DNA of 64,000 nucleotides from Haliotis cracherodii. Taxonomy: Eukaryota. Within the stretch, counting starts at the first letter, position 1, and each line of letters starts with the position of its first letter. This document shows positions 25,379 through 39,928 of the stretch, piece by piece. The stretch lies in assembly GCF_022045235.1 (NCBI RefSeq), contig NW_027266286.1:68510001-68574000 (forward strand), in the 5' to 3' direction. The translations under genes were made by a program, and so were the position numbers. The notes beneath the pieces were generated by a model, which had not been told where the DNA came from, did not search any database, and saw only the letters and a program-made list of their open reading frames with translations.

Positions 25379-25976
25379 TTAACCGTGGTGTCCGCCTCCA
25401 TGACCACCACCTCCATGACCACCTCCTCCGTGACCACCTCCTCCGTGGCCACCACCTCCGTGTCCTCCTCCTCCTCCTCCATGGCCACCACCTCCGTGTC
25501 CTCCTCCTCCTCCTCCATGGCCACCACCTCCGTGTCCTCCTCCTCCTCCTCCATGGCCACCACCTCCGTGACCTCCACCACCGTGACCGCCGCCTCCGTG
25601 ACCACCACCACCACCACCGTGGCCGCCTCCGCCTCCGCCTCCGTGGCCTCCGCCTCCATGGCCGCCACCACCACCACCATGGCCACCAAGGGCGGAGCCA
25701 AGGAAGACTGTGAAGAATGTACAGAAACAACAATACATAAGTGGTCATATATGACAGGATACACACACACACACAAAATCCTTCCACCATTCCTGATACA
25801 GTTTAGACCATGGTAGAAACTATCCTATTCATTACGTTGTCAGCAAATCGAAAAGCCACTTAAAACTCAGCAAGAGCTAATAAAGTTGATTATTACAAAG
25901 TTTAAGATTGCGAATTCTCATCAGATAAGGCACACTTACCCAAGACTACAACAACTGCAACGTTAAGAAGGCGCAT
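25379..25976 (-). CDS. Secreted Gly/His-rich protein, copy 10 (exons 25940-25976, 25379-25707; 121 aa)
   Basis: Intact; same structure. Confidence 0.92.
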
Positions 25977-28177
25977 CCTGTCAGTTACGTTGTTTATCCA
26001 CGACAGAATAAGCAATTTAAATGTCTCTTTTGGGATTCACACCGCCTTATATACATGTGGTACAGGAAATCAGGATGTTGAATGTAAATGCCCACATTGG
26101 AAAATTTTAGTAAATAAAATTCCAATGAGACTTTTTACAACTTTAGAGCGTGAAGAATGAATCTCTATTTTGTAATATCACATACGACACTGCCACCTGC
26201 CTCTCTGTATTAGGCATATCTTCCTGCATAATTATTAAATGCAAACTGTGTATTTGTGACCTAACCTGGCACCCTGTGGCTATCTCACTGCCAGGAAGCA
26301 TGATAGATTTAGTGGTTCATCCAATGCAATTACAGCTACAGACCGTTTTGTGAAAAACTTGAATGGAGATAGAATATTTTAAATGAAGGATAAATGCTGA
26401 CCTTTAGAATTTCGTTGGGTGCAAGTACTGAGTCTACTGAGCTACCATGACTTGGAGTCAAAGGACGTTTATCAACGTATGTCAAATACGTCTTTAAAAG
26501 CAGAGGTTGTGGGAAGCTAATTATTCATCTATTCATAATCAAACTTTATGTGAAGTTGGATTTTTCAAGTGTGTGATATATTTCAAAGCTTGAATACCTG
26601 CCCGAATAATTTCAAAGTCTCATAATTTTCTACAATAAAACAGGGTGAAAGCTGATGATATACGCTCTTTGGTTTTCTGGCCTATAACACACGAATGAAC
26701 ACAGGGAAATCATTCCATCCCTGCCCACATTACTTTTCAAAGGAACTCTTCCATCTAAGTTTATCTCGTGTGTGTATATGTGTGTGTTTGGGAGTGTTTG
26801 GGAGAGAAAGTTCACGTCACATTTTATGCTATTTCGTAACTGGCCCAAACACTAAACAATGATGAAATGCATGAACATTTTCTAAAGAGTGGTCAAATCT
26901 CAGCTTTCGAACACCACATGTGGACAGGATATACTTATCCATCACACGAATACCTGATGAAACCACTATCTCCGCAGGAACATGGATGTGGTGGTAGTTT
27001 ATGACAGGCACTAGGGGCTTCAACCGTCAATCTATGACCCATGTATGACCCCCTTCCTGCCAAGCATTACCCACACCCACCCACCAAGCTACAGCACCAG
27101 AGATGAACATTCATCTGGCGTCAGAGCACAATTATTCGTCATTCTTTGCTATCTACAGTGGCATGCCAATTCATACTGATTAATATCGCCCTTGCTGACT
27201 AACCTGTTACTTATCATTTGAACAGCAAAATACCAGTCTGGGTCCACCAGCTCGACTTCCAAGTAAACGCTGTCAACAACGGTCACTGAAAGTATCGAGC
27301 CGAAACACACCCATCGGCCTTCAACTGGGGGTCAAATCATGGGAAGTTCGAGTCAATATCATGCACACATTTTGGATCAAAACAAATTACCAACACAATA
27401 CAATGTCCAATCTTGCATTTAAGCTATCACAAGTCACTCCAAACATATCTGACACAGACTCAACAAGCCATTCAAACGGGGGACTATATTCTCCTATTTA
27501 CCTTCCGGGTCATGGTAAAACTTAGGGGACGTAACTGTGGTCTCGGGCCTAGTCTATCTTAGAGCGAATCTGCTCCTTGACCATTCATATTGCGCTGGAC
27601 TCTTGAAAAAAACAGAAAACAAACCAATTGGATTTGGTTTAGAGTGGGCTTTCTCTTGAGATCGTGCCGTTGTATTGGTGGATCGCTGCTCAACTGTATA
27701 AGCTCTTAATTCTATCGGCATTGCATGAGTGCATTGAGGCACGTGCCACAGTTTTATTTGGACATGCACACGGCTGTAATTATAAGCCAGGTGGACGTTT
27801 AGAGGCCATAATGATAGTACGATACTAAATGGGACTTCATGCATTTTCGGACAGAAACAGTCTACTTGCTTTGTTCAACATGTGTATAGGTTTATTGGCA
27901 GGCCTTCGAGGTTCCTAACCTTGGTGGGAATGATTCCAAAGTGACAATCACTATGCAGGACACTGAAAAGTAAGTAGGGAAACTAGCTCATACAATCTTG
28001 AATTTGATTGTACTTGAAGAAAATATAACCAAAGATATATTTACAATATAAACCACAGCTTTATTTGTACTCGTTGAGAAATAGACAGAATGAATGGATG
28101 CAGCATGGTGAGTGCAATCGACAAATATGATATCAAATGTCCAGCACTTGATGTGAATATGATGATCCTTGAATCTT

Positions 28178-28775
28178 TTAACCGTGGTGTCCGCCTCCAT
28201 GACCACCACCTCCATGACCACCTCCTCCGTGACCACCTCCTCCGTGGCCACCACCTCCGTGTCCTCCTCCTCCTCCTCCATGGCCACCACCTCCGTGTCC
28301 TCCTCCTCCTCCTCCATGGCCACCACCTCCGTGTCCACCTCCTCCTCCTCCATGGCCACCACCTCCGTGACCTCCACCACCGTGACCGCCGCCTCCGTGA
28401 CCACCACCACCACCACCGTGGCCGCCTCCGCCTCCGCCTCCGTGGCCTCCGCCTCCATGGCCGCCACCACCACCACCATGGCCACCAAGGGCGGAGCCAA
28501 GGAAGACTGTGAAGAATGTACAGAAACAACAATACATAAGTGGTCATATATGACAGGATACACACACACACACAAAATCCTTCCACCATTCCTGATACAG
28601 TTTAGACCATGGTAGAAACTATCCTATTCATTACGTTGTCAGCAAATCGAAAAGCCACTTAAAACTCAGCAAGAGCTAATAAAGTTGATTATTACAAAGT
28701 TTAAGATTGCGAATTCTCATCAGATAAGGCACACTTACCCAAGACTACAACAACTGCAACGTTAAGAAGGCGCAT
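28178..28775 (-). CDS. Secreted Gly/His-rich protein, copy 11 (exons 28739-28775, 28178-28506; 121 aa)
   Basis: Intact; same structure. Confidence 0.92.
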
Positions 28776-30976
28776 CCTGTCAGTTACGTTGTTTATCCAC
28801 GACAGAATAAGCAATTTAAATGTCTCTTTTGGGATTCACACCGCCTTATATACATGTGGTACAGGAAATCAGGATGTTGAATGTAAATGCCCACATTGGA
28901 AAATTTTAGTAAATAAAATTCCAATGAGACTTTTTACAACTTTAGAGCGTGAAGAATGAATCTCTATTTTGTAATATCACATACGACACTGCCACCTGCC
29001 TCTCTGTATTAGGCATATCTTCCTGCATAATTATTAAATGCAAACTGTGTATTTGTGACCTAACCTGGCACCCTGTGGCTATCTCACTGCCAGGAAGCAT
29101 GATAGATTTAGTGGTTCATCCAATGCAATTACAGCTACAGACCGTTTTGTGAAAAACTTGAATGGAGATAGAATATTTTAAATGAAGGATAAATGCTGAC
29201 CTTTAGAATTTCGTTGGGTGCAAGTACTGAGTCTACTGAGCTACCATGACTTGGAGTCAAAGGACGTTTATCAACGTATGTCAAATACGTCTTTAAAAGC
29301 AGAGGTTGTGGGAAGCTAATTATTCATCTATTCATAATCAAACTTTATGTGAAGTTGGATTTTTCAAGTGTGTGATATATTTCAAAGCTTGAATACCTGC
29401 CCGAATAATTTCAAAGTCTCATAATTTTCTACAATAAAACAGGGTGAAAGCTGATGATATACGCTCTTTGGTTTTCTGGCCTATAACACACGAATGAACA
29501 CAGGGAAATCATTCCATCCCTGCCCACATTACTTTTCAAAGGAACTCTTCCATCTAAGTTTATCTCGTGTGTGTATATGTGTGTGTTTGGGAGTGTTTGG
29601 GAGAGAAAGTTCACGTCACATTTTATGCTATTTCGTAACTGGCCCAAACACTAAACAATGATGAAATGCATGAACATTTTCTAAAGAGTGGTAAAATCTC
29701 AGCTTTCGAACACCACATGTGGACAGGATATACTTATCCATCACACGAATACCTGATGAAACCACTATCTCCGCAGGAACATGGATGTGGTGGTAGTTTA
29801 TGACAGGCACTAGGGGCTTCAACCGTCAATCTATGACCCATGTATGACCCCCTTCCTGCCAAGCATTACCCACACCCACCCACCAAGCTACAGCACCAGA
29901 GATGAACATTCATCTGGCGTCAGAGCACAATTATTCGTCATTCTTTGCTATCTACAGTGGCATGCCAATTCATACTGATTAATATCGCCCTTGCTGACTA
30001 ACCTGTTACTTATCATTTGAACAGCAAAATACCAGTCTGGGTCCACCAGCTCGACTTCCAAGTAAACGCTGTCAACAACGGTCACTGAAAGTATCGAGCC
30101 GAAACACACCCATCGGCCTTCAACTGGGGGTCAAATCATGGGAAGTTCGAGTCAATATCATGCACACATTTTGGATCAAAACAAATTACCAACACAATAC
30201 AATGTCCAATCTTGCATTTAAGCTATCACAAGTCACTCCAAACATATCTGACACAGACTCAACAAGCCATTCAAACGGGGGACTATATTCTCCTATTTAC
30301 CTTCCGGGTCATGGTAAAACTTAGGGGACGTAACTGTGGTCTCGGGCCTAGTCTATCTTAGAGCGAATCTGCTCCTTGACCATTCATATTGCGCTGGACT
30401 CTTGAAAATAACAGAAAACAAACCAATTGGATTTGGTTTAGAGTGGGCTTTCTCTTGAGATCGTGCCGTTGTATTGGTGGATCGCTGCTCAACTGTATAA
30501 GCTCTTAATTCTATCGGCATTGCATGAGTGCATTGAGGCACGTGCCACAGTTTTATTTGGACATGCACACGGCTGTAATTATAAGCCAGGTGGACGTTTA
30601 GAGGCCATAATGATAGTACGATACTAAATGGGACTTCATGCATTTTCGGACAGAAACAGTCTACTTGCTTTGTTCAACATGTGTATAGGTTTATTGGCAG
30701 GCCTTCGAGGTTTATAAATTTGGTGGGAATGATTCCAAAGTGACAATCACTATGCAGGACACTGAAAAGTAAGTAGGGAAACTAGCTCATACAATCTTGA
30801 ATTTGATTGTACTTGAAGAAAATATAACCAAAGATATATTTACAATATAAACCACAGCTTTATTTGTACTCGTTGAGAAATAGACAGAATGAATGGATGC
30901 AGCATGGTGAGTGCAATCGACAAATATGATATCAAATGTCCAGCACTTGATGTGAATATGATGATCCTTGAATCTT

Positions 30977-31577
30977 TTAACCGTGGTGTCCGCCTCCATG
31001 ACCACCACCTCCATGACCACCTCCTCCGTGACCACTTCCTCCGTGGCCACCACCTCCGTGTCCTCCTCCTCCTCCTCCTCCATGGCCACCACCTCCGTGT
31101 CCTCCTCCTCCTCCTCCATGGCCACCACCTCCGTGTCCACCTCCTCCTCCTCCATGGCCACCACCTCCGTGACCTCCACCACCGTGACCGCCGCCTCCGT
31201 GACCACCACCACCACCACCGTGGCCGCCTCCGCCTCCGCCTCCGTGGCCTCCGCCTCCATGGCCGCCACCACCACCACCATGGCCACCAAGGGCTGAGCC
31301 AAGGAAGACTGTGAAGAATGTACAGAAACAACAATACATAAGTGGTCATATATGACAGGATACACACACACACACAAAATCCTTCCACCATTCCTGATAC
31401 AGTTTAGACCATGGTAGAAACTATCCTATTCATTACGTTGTCAGCAAATCGAAAAGCCACTTAAAACTCAGCAAGAGCTAATAAAGTTGATTATTACAAA
31501 GTTTAAGATTGCGAATTCTCATCAGATAAGGCACACTTACCCAAGACTACAACAACTGCAACGTTAAGAAGGCGCAT
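30977..31577 (-). CDS. Secreted Gly/His-rich protein, copy 12 (exons 31541-31577, 30977-31308; 122 aa)
   Basis: Intact; one Gly->Ser, a synonymous TCC->TCA, +1 Gly. Confidence 0.92.
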
Positions 31578-33778
31578 CCTGTCAGTTACGTTGTTTATCC
31601 ACGACAGAATAAGCAATTTAAATGTCTCTTTTGGGATTCACACCGCCTTATATACATGTGGTACAGGAAATCAGGATGTTGAATGTAAATGCCCACATTG
31701 GAAGATTTTAGTAAATAAAATTCCAATGAGACTTTTTACAACTTTAGAGCGTGAAGAATGAATCTCTATTTTGTAATATCACATACGACACTGCCACCTG
31801 CCTCTCTGTATTAGGCATAGCTTCCTGCATAATTATTAAATGCAAACTGTGTATTTGTGACCTAACCTGGCACCCTGTGGCTATCTCACTGCCGGGAAGC
31901 ATGATAGATTTAGTGGTTCATCCAATGCAATTACAGCTACAGACCGTTTTGTGAAAAACGTGAATGGAGATAGAATATTTTAAATGAAGGATAAATGCTG
32001 ACCTTTAGAATTTCGTTGGGTGCAAGTACTGAGTCTACTGAGCTACCATGACTTGGAGTCAAAGGACGTTTATCAACGTATGTCAAATACGTCTTTAAAA
32101 GCAGAGGTTGTGGGAAGCTAATTATTCATCTATTCATAATCAAACTTTATGTGAAGTTGGATTTTTCAAGTGTGTGATATATTTCAAAGCTTGAATACCT
32201 GCCCGAATAATTTCAAAGTCTCATAATTTTCTACAATAAAACAGGGTGAAAGCTGATGATATACGCTCTTTGGTTTTCTGGCCTATAACACACGAATGAA
32301 CACAGGGAAATCATTCCATCCCTGCCCACATTACTTTTCAAAGGAACTCTTCCCTCTAAGTTTATCTCGTGTGTGTATATGTGTGTGTTTGGGAGTGTTT
32401 GGGAGAGAAAGTTCACGTCACATTTTATGCTATTTCGTAACTGGCCCAAACACTAAACAATGATGAAATGCATGAACATTTTCTAAAGAGTGGTCAAATC
32501 TCAGCTTTCGAACACCACATGTGGACAGGATATACTTATCCATCACACGAATACCTGATGAAACCACTATCTCCGCAGGAACATGGATGTGGTGGTAGTT
32601 TATGACAGGCACTAGGGGCTTCAACCGTCAATCTATGACCCATGTATGACCCCCTTCCTGCCAAGCATTACCCACACCCACCCACCAAGCTACAGCACCA
32701 GAGATGAACATTCATCTGGCGTCAGAGCACAATTATTCGTCATTCTTTGCTATCTACAGTGGCATGCCAATTCATACTGATTAATATCGCCCTTGCTGAC
32801 TAACCTGTTACTTATCATTTGAACAGCAAAATACCAGTCTGGGTCCACCAGCTCGACTTCCAAGTAAACGCTGTCAACAACGGTCACTGAAAGTATCGAG
32901 CCGAAACACACCCATCGGCCTTCAACTGGGGGTCAAATCATGGGAAGTTCGAGTCAATATCATGCACACATTTTGGATCAAAACAAATTACCAACACAAT
33001 ACAATGTCCAATCTTGCATTTAAGCTATCACAAGTCACTCCAAACATATCTGACACAGACTCAACAACCCATTCAAACGGGGGACTATATTCTCCTATTT
33101 ACCTTCCGGGTCATGGTAAAACTTAGGGGACGTAACTGTGGTCTCGGGCCTAGTCTATCTTAGAGCGAATCTGCTCCTTGACCATTCATATTGCGCTGGA
33201 CTCTTGAAAATAACAGAAAACAAACCAATTGGATTTGGTTTAGAGTGGGCTTTCTCTTGAGATCGTGCCGTTGTATTGGTGGATCGCTGCTCAACTGTAT
33301 AAGCTCTTAATTCTATCGGCATTGCATGAGTGCATTGAGGCACGTGCCACAGTTTTATTTGGACATGCACACGGCTGTAATTATAAGCCAGGTGGACGTT
33401 TAGAGGCCATAATGATAGTACGATACTAAATGGGACTTCATGCATTTTCGGACAGAAACAGTCTACTTGCTTTGTTCAACATGTGTATAGGTTTATTGGC
33501 AGGCCTTCGAGGTTTATAAATTTGGTGGGAATGATTCCAAAGTGACAATCACTATGCAGGACACTGAAAAGTAAGTAGGGAAACTAGCTCATACAATCTT
33601 GAATTTGATTGTACTTGAAGAAAATATAACCAAAGATATATTTACAATATAAACCACAGCTTTATTTGTACTCGTTGAGAAATAGACAGAATGAATGGAT
33701 GCAGCATGGTGAGTGCAATCGACAAATATGATATCAAATGTCCAGCACTTGATGTGAATATGATGATCCTTGAATCTT

Positions 33779-34379
33779 TTAACCGTGGTGTCCGCCTCCA
33801 TGACCACCACCTCCATGACCACCTCCTCCGTGACCACCTCCTCCGTGGCCACCACCTCCGTGTCCTCCTCCTCCTCCTCCTCCATGGCCACCACCTCCGT
33901 GTCCTCCTCCTCCTCCTCCATGGCCACCACCTCCGTGTCCACCTCCTCCTCCTCCATGGCCACCACCTCCGTGACCTCCACCACCGTGACCGCCGCCTCC
34001 GTGACCACCACCACCACCACCGTGGCCGCCTCCGCCTCCGCCTCCGTGGCCTCCGCCTCCATGGCCGCCACCACCACCACCATGGCCACCAAGGGCGGAG
34101 CCAAGGAAGACTGTGAAGAATGTACAGAAACAACAATACATAAGTGGTCATATATGACAGGATACACACACACACACAAAATCCTTCCACCATTCCTGAT
34201 ACAGTTTAGACCATGGTAGAAACTATCCTATTCATTACGTTGTCAGCAAATCGAAAAGCCACTGAAAACTCAGCAAGAGCTAATAAAGTTGATTATTACA
34301 AAGTTTAAGATTGCGAATTCTCATCAGATAAGGCACACTTACCCAAGACTACAACAACTGCAACGTTAAGAAGGCGCAT
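33779..34379 (-). CDS. Secreted Gly/His-rich protein, copy 13 (exons 34343-34379, 33779-34110; 122 aa)
   Basis: Intact; +1 Gly shared with copies 12 and 14. Confidence 0.92.
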
Positions 34380-36580
34380 CCTGTCAGTTACGTTGTTTAT
34401 CCACGACAGAATAAGCAATTTAAATGTCTCTTTTGGGATTCACACCGCCTTATATACATGTGGTACAGGAAATCAGGATGTTGAATGTAAATGCCCACAT
34501 TGGAAGATTTTAGTAAATAAAATTCCAATGAGACTTTTTAGAACTTTAGAGCGTGAAGAATGAATCTCTATTTTGTAATATCACATACGACACTGCCACC
34601 TGCCTCTCTGTATTAGGCATATCTTCCTGCATAATTATTAAATGCAAACTGTGTATTTGTGACCTAACCTGGCACCCTGTGGCTATCTCACTGCCGGGAA
34701 GCATGATAGATTTAGTGGTTCATCCAATGCAATTACAGCTACAGACCGTTTTGTGAAAAACTTGAATGGAGATAGAATATTTTAAATGAAGGATAAATGC
34801 TGACCTTTAGAATTTCGTTGGGTGCAAGTACTGAGTCTACTGAGCTACCATGACTTGGAGTCAAAGGACGTTTATCAACGTATGTCAAATACGTCTTTAA
34901 AAGCAGAGGTTGTGGGAAGCTAATTATTCATCTATTCATAATCAAACTTTATGTGAAGTTGGATTTTTCAAGTGTGTGATATATTTCAAAGTTTGAATAC
35001 CTGCCCGAATAATTTCAAAGTCTCATAATTTTCTACAATAAAACAGGGTGAAAGCTGATGATATACGCTCTTTGGTTTTCTGGCCTATAACACACGAATG
35101 AACACAGGGAAATCATTCCATCCCTGCCCACATTACTTTTCAAAGGAACTCTTCCATCTAAGTTTATCTCGTGTGTGTATATGTGTGTGTTTGGGAGTGT
35201 TTGGGAGAGAAAGTTCACGTCACATTTTATGCTATTTCGTAACTGGCCCAAACACTAAACAATGATGAAATGCATGAACATTTTCTAAAGAGTGGTCAAA
35301 TCTCAGCTTTCGAACACCACATGTGGACAGGATATACTTATCCATCACACGAATACCTGATGAAACCACTATCTCCGCAGGAACATGGATGTGGTGGTAG
35401 TTTATGACAGGCACTAGGGGCTTCAACCGTCAGTCTATGACCCATGTATGACCCCCTTCCTGCCAAGCATTACCCACACCCACCCACCAAGCTACAGCAC
35501 CAGAGATGAACATTCATCTGGCGTCAGAGCACAATTATTCGTCATTCTTTGCTATCTACAGTGGCATGCCAATTCATACTGATTAATATCGCCCTTGCTG
35601 ACTAACCTGTTACTTATCATTTGAACAGCAAAATACCAGTCTGGGTCCACCAGCTCGACTTCCAAGTAAACGCTGTCAACAACGGTCACTGAAAGTATCG
35701 AGCCGAAACACACCCATCGGCCTTCAACTGGGGGTCAAATCATGGGAAGTTCGAGTCAATATCATGCACACATTTTGGATCAAAACAAATTACCAACACA
35801 ATACAATGTCCAATCTTGCATTTAAGCTATCACAAGTCACTCCAAACATATCTGACACAGACTCAACAACCCATTCAAACGGGGGACTATATTCTCCTAT
35901 TTACCTTCCGGGTCATGGTAAAACTTAGGGGACGTAACTGTGGTCTCGGGCCTAGTCTATCTTAGAGCGAATCTGCTCCTTGACCATTCATATTGCGCTG
36001 GACTCTTGAAAATAACAGAAAACAAACCAATTGGATTTGGTTTAGAGTGGGCTTTCTCTTGAGATCGTGCCGTTGTATTGGTGGATCGCTGCTCAACTGT
36101 ATAAGCTCTTAATTCTATCGGCATTGCATGAGTGCATTGAGGCACGTGCCACAGTTTTATTTGGACATGCACACGGCTGTAATTATAAGCCAGGTGGACG
36201 TTTAGAGGCCATAATGATAGTACGATACTAAATGGGACTTCATGCATTTTCGGACAGAAACAGTCTACTTGCTTTGTTCAACATGTGTATAGGTTTATTG
36301 GCAGGCCTTCGAGGTTTATAAATTTGGTGGGAATGATTCCAAAGTGACAATCACTATGCAGGACACTGAAAAGTAAGTAGGGAAACTAGCTCATACAATC
36401 TTGAATTTGATTGTACTTGAAGAAAATATAACCAAAGATATATTTACAATATAAACCACAGCTTTATTTGTACTCGTTGAGAAATAGACAGAATGAATGG
36501 ATGCAGCATGGTGAGTGCAATCGACAAATATGATATCAAATGTCCAGCACTTGATGTGAATATGATGATCCTTGAATCTT

Positions 36581-37181
36581 TTAACCGTGGTGTCCGCCTC
36601 CATGACCACCACCTCCATGACCACCTCCTCCGTGACCACCTCCTCCGTGGCCACCACCTCCGTGTCCTCCTCCTCCTCCTCCTCCATGGCCACCACCTCC
36701 GTGTCCTCCTCCTCCTCCTCCATGGCCACCACCTCCGTGTCCACCTCCTCCTCCTCCATGGCCACCACCTCCGTGACCTCCACCACCGTGACCGCCGCCT
36801 CCGTGACCACCACCACCACCACCGTGGCCGCCTCCGCCTCCGCCTCCGTGGCCTCCGCCTCCATGGCCGCCACCACCACCACCATGGCCACCAAGGGCGG
36901 AGCCAAGGAAGACTGTGAACAATGTACAGAAACAACAATACATAAGTGGTCATATATGACAGGATACACACACACACACAAAATCCTTCCACCATTCCTG
37001 ATACAGTTTAGACCATGGTAGAAACTATCCTATTCATTACGTTGTCAGCAAATCGAAAAGCCACTTAAAACTCAGCAAGAGCTAATAAAGTTGATTATTA
37101 CAAAGTTTAAGATTGCGAATTCTCATCAGATAAGGCACACTTACCCAAGACTACAACAACTGCAACGTTAAGAAGGCGCAT
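36581..37181 (-). CDS. Secreted Gly/His-rich protein, copy 14 (exons 37145-37181, 36581-36912; 122 aa)
   Basis: Intact; SNP in the polypyrimidine tract shared with copy 15. Confidence 0.92.
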
Positions 37182-39381
37182 CCTGTCAGTTACGTTGTTT
37201 ATCCACGACAGAATAAGCAATTTAAATGTCTCTTTTGGGATTCACACCGCCTTATATACATGTGGTACAGGAAATCAGGATGTTGAATGTAAATGCCCAC
37301 ATTGGAAGATTTTAGTAAATAAAATTCCAATGAGACTTTTTACAACTTTAGAGCGTGAAGAATGAATCTCTATTTTGTAATATCACATACGACACTGCCA
37401 CCTGCCTCTCTGTATTAGGCATATCTTCCTGCATAATTATTAAATGCAAACTGTGTATTTGTGACCTAACCTGGCACCCTGTGGCTATCTCACTGCCGGG
37501 AAGCATGATAGATTTAGTGGTTCATCCAATGCAATTACAGCTACAGACCGTTTTGTGAAAAACTTGAATGGAGATAGAATATTTTAAATGAAGGATAAAT
37601 GCTGACCTTTAGAATTTCGTTGGGTGCAAGTACTGAGTCTACTGAGCTACCATGACTTGGAGTCAAAGGACGTTTATCAACGTATGTCAAATACGTCTTT
37701 AAAAGCAGAGGTTGTGGGAAGCTAATTATTCATCTATTCATAATCAAACTTTATGTGAAGTTGGATTTTTCAAGTGTGTGATATATTTCAAAGCTTGAAT
37801 ACCTGCCCGAATAATTTCAAAGTCTCATAATTTTCTACAATAAAACAGGGTGAAAGCTGATGATATACGCTCTTTGGTTTTCTGGCCTATAACACACGAA
37901 TGAACACAGGGAAATCATTCCATCCCTGCCCACATTACTTTTCAAAGGAACTCTTCCATCTAAGTTTATCTCGTGTGTGTATATGTGTGTGTTTGGGAGT
38001 GTTTGGGAGAGAAAGTTCACGTCACATTTTATGCTATTTCGTAACTGGCCCAAACACTAAACAATGATGAAATGCATGAACATTTTCTAAAGAGTGGTCA
38101 AATCTCAGCTTTCGAACACCACATGTGGACAGGATATACTTATCCATCACACGAATACCTGATGAAACCACTATCTCCGCAGGAACATGGATGTGGTGGT
38201 AGTTTATGACAGGCACTAGGGGCTTCAACCGTCAGTCTATGACCCATGTATGACCCCCTTCCTGCCAAGCATTACCCACACCCACCCACCAAGCTACAGC
38301 ACCAGAGATGAACATTCATCTGGCGTCAGAGCACAATTATTCGTCATTCTTTGCTATCTACAGTGGCATGCCAATTCAAACTGATTAATATCGCCCTTGC
38401 TGACTAACCTGTTACTTATCATTTGAACAGCAAAATACCAGTCTGGGTCCACCAGCTCGACTTCCAAGTAAACGCTGTCAACAACGGTCACTGAAAGTAT
38501 CGAGCCGAAACACACCCATCGGCCTTCAACTGGGGGTCAAATCATGGGAAGTTCGAGTCAATATCATGCACACATTTTGGATCAAAACAAATTACCAACA
38601 CAATACAATGTCCAATCTTGCATTTAAGCTATCACAAGTCACTCCAAACATATCTGACACAGACTCAACAACCCATTCAAACGGGGGACTATATTCTCCT
38701 ATTTACCTTCCGGGTCATGGTAAAACTTAGGGGACGTAACTGTGGTCTCGGGCCTAGTCTATCTTAGAGCGAATCTGCTCCTTGACCATTCATATTGCGC
38801 TGGACTCTTGAAAAAACAGAAAACAAACCAGTTGGATTTGGTTTAGAGTGGGCTTTCTCTTGAGATCGTGCCGTTGTATTGGTGGATCGCTGCTCAACTG
38901 TATAAGCTCTTAATTCTATCGGCATTGCATGAGTGCATTGAGGCACGTGCCACAGTTTTATTTGGACATGCACACGGCTGTAATTATAAGCCAGGTGGAC
39001 GTTTAGAGGCCATAATGATAGTACGATACTAAATGGGACTTCATGCATTTTCGGACAGAAACAGTCTACTTGCTTTGTTCAACATGTGTATAGGTTTATT
39101 GGCAGGCCTTCGAGGTTCCTAACCTTGGTGGGAATGATTCCAAAGTGACAATCACTATGCAGGACACTGAAAAGTAAGTAGGGAAACTAGCTCATACAAT
39201 CTTGAATTTGATTGTACTTGAAGAAAATATAACCAAAGATATATTTACAATATAAACCACAGCTTTATTTGTACTCGTTGAGAAATAGACAGAATGAATG
39301 GATGCAGCATGGTGAGTGCAATCGACAAATATGATATCAAATGTCCAGCACTTGATGTGAATATGATGATCCTTGAATCTT

Positions 39382-39928
39382 TTAACCGTGGTGTCCGCCT
39401 CCATGACCACCACCTCCATGACCACCTCCTCCGTGACCACCTCCTCCGTGGCCACCACCTCCGTGTCCTCCTCCTCCTCCTCCATGGCCACCACCTCCGT
39501 GTCCTCCTCCTCCTCCTCCATGGCCACCACCTCCGTGACCTCCACCACCGTGACCGCCGCCTCCGTGACCACCACCACCACCACCGTGGCCGCCTCCGCC
39601 TCCGCCTCCATGGCCGCCACCACCACCACCATGGCCACCAAGGGCGGAGCCAAGGAAGACTGTGAACAATGTACAGAAACAACAATACATAAGTGGTCAT
39701 ATATGACAGGATACACACACACACACAAAATCCGTCCACCATTCCTGATACAGTTTAGACCATGGTAGAAACTATCCTATTTATTACGTTGTCAGCAAAT
39801 CGAAAAGCCACTTAAAACTCAGCAAGAGCTAATAAAGTTGATTATTACAAAGTTTAAGATTGCGAATTCTCATCAGATAAGGCACACTTACCCAAGACTA
39901 CAACAACTGCAACGTTAAGAAGGCGCAT
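39382..39928 (-). CDS. Secreted Gly/His-rich protein, copy 15, short variant (exons 39892-39928, 39382-39659; 104 aa)
   Basis: Intact; in-frame loss of 15 nt (HGGGG) and of one 36-nt module. Confidence 0.9.

Noticed and set aside
1-38000. Array as a pure assembly artefact
   Set aside because: Most units carry distinguishing, block-structured variants. The exact copy number still needs read-depth confirmation.
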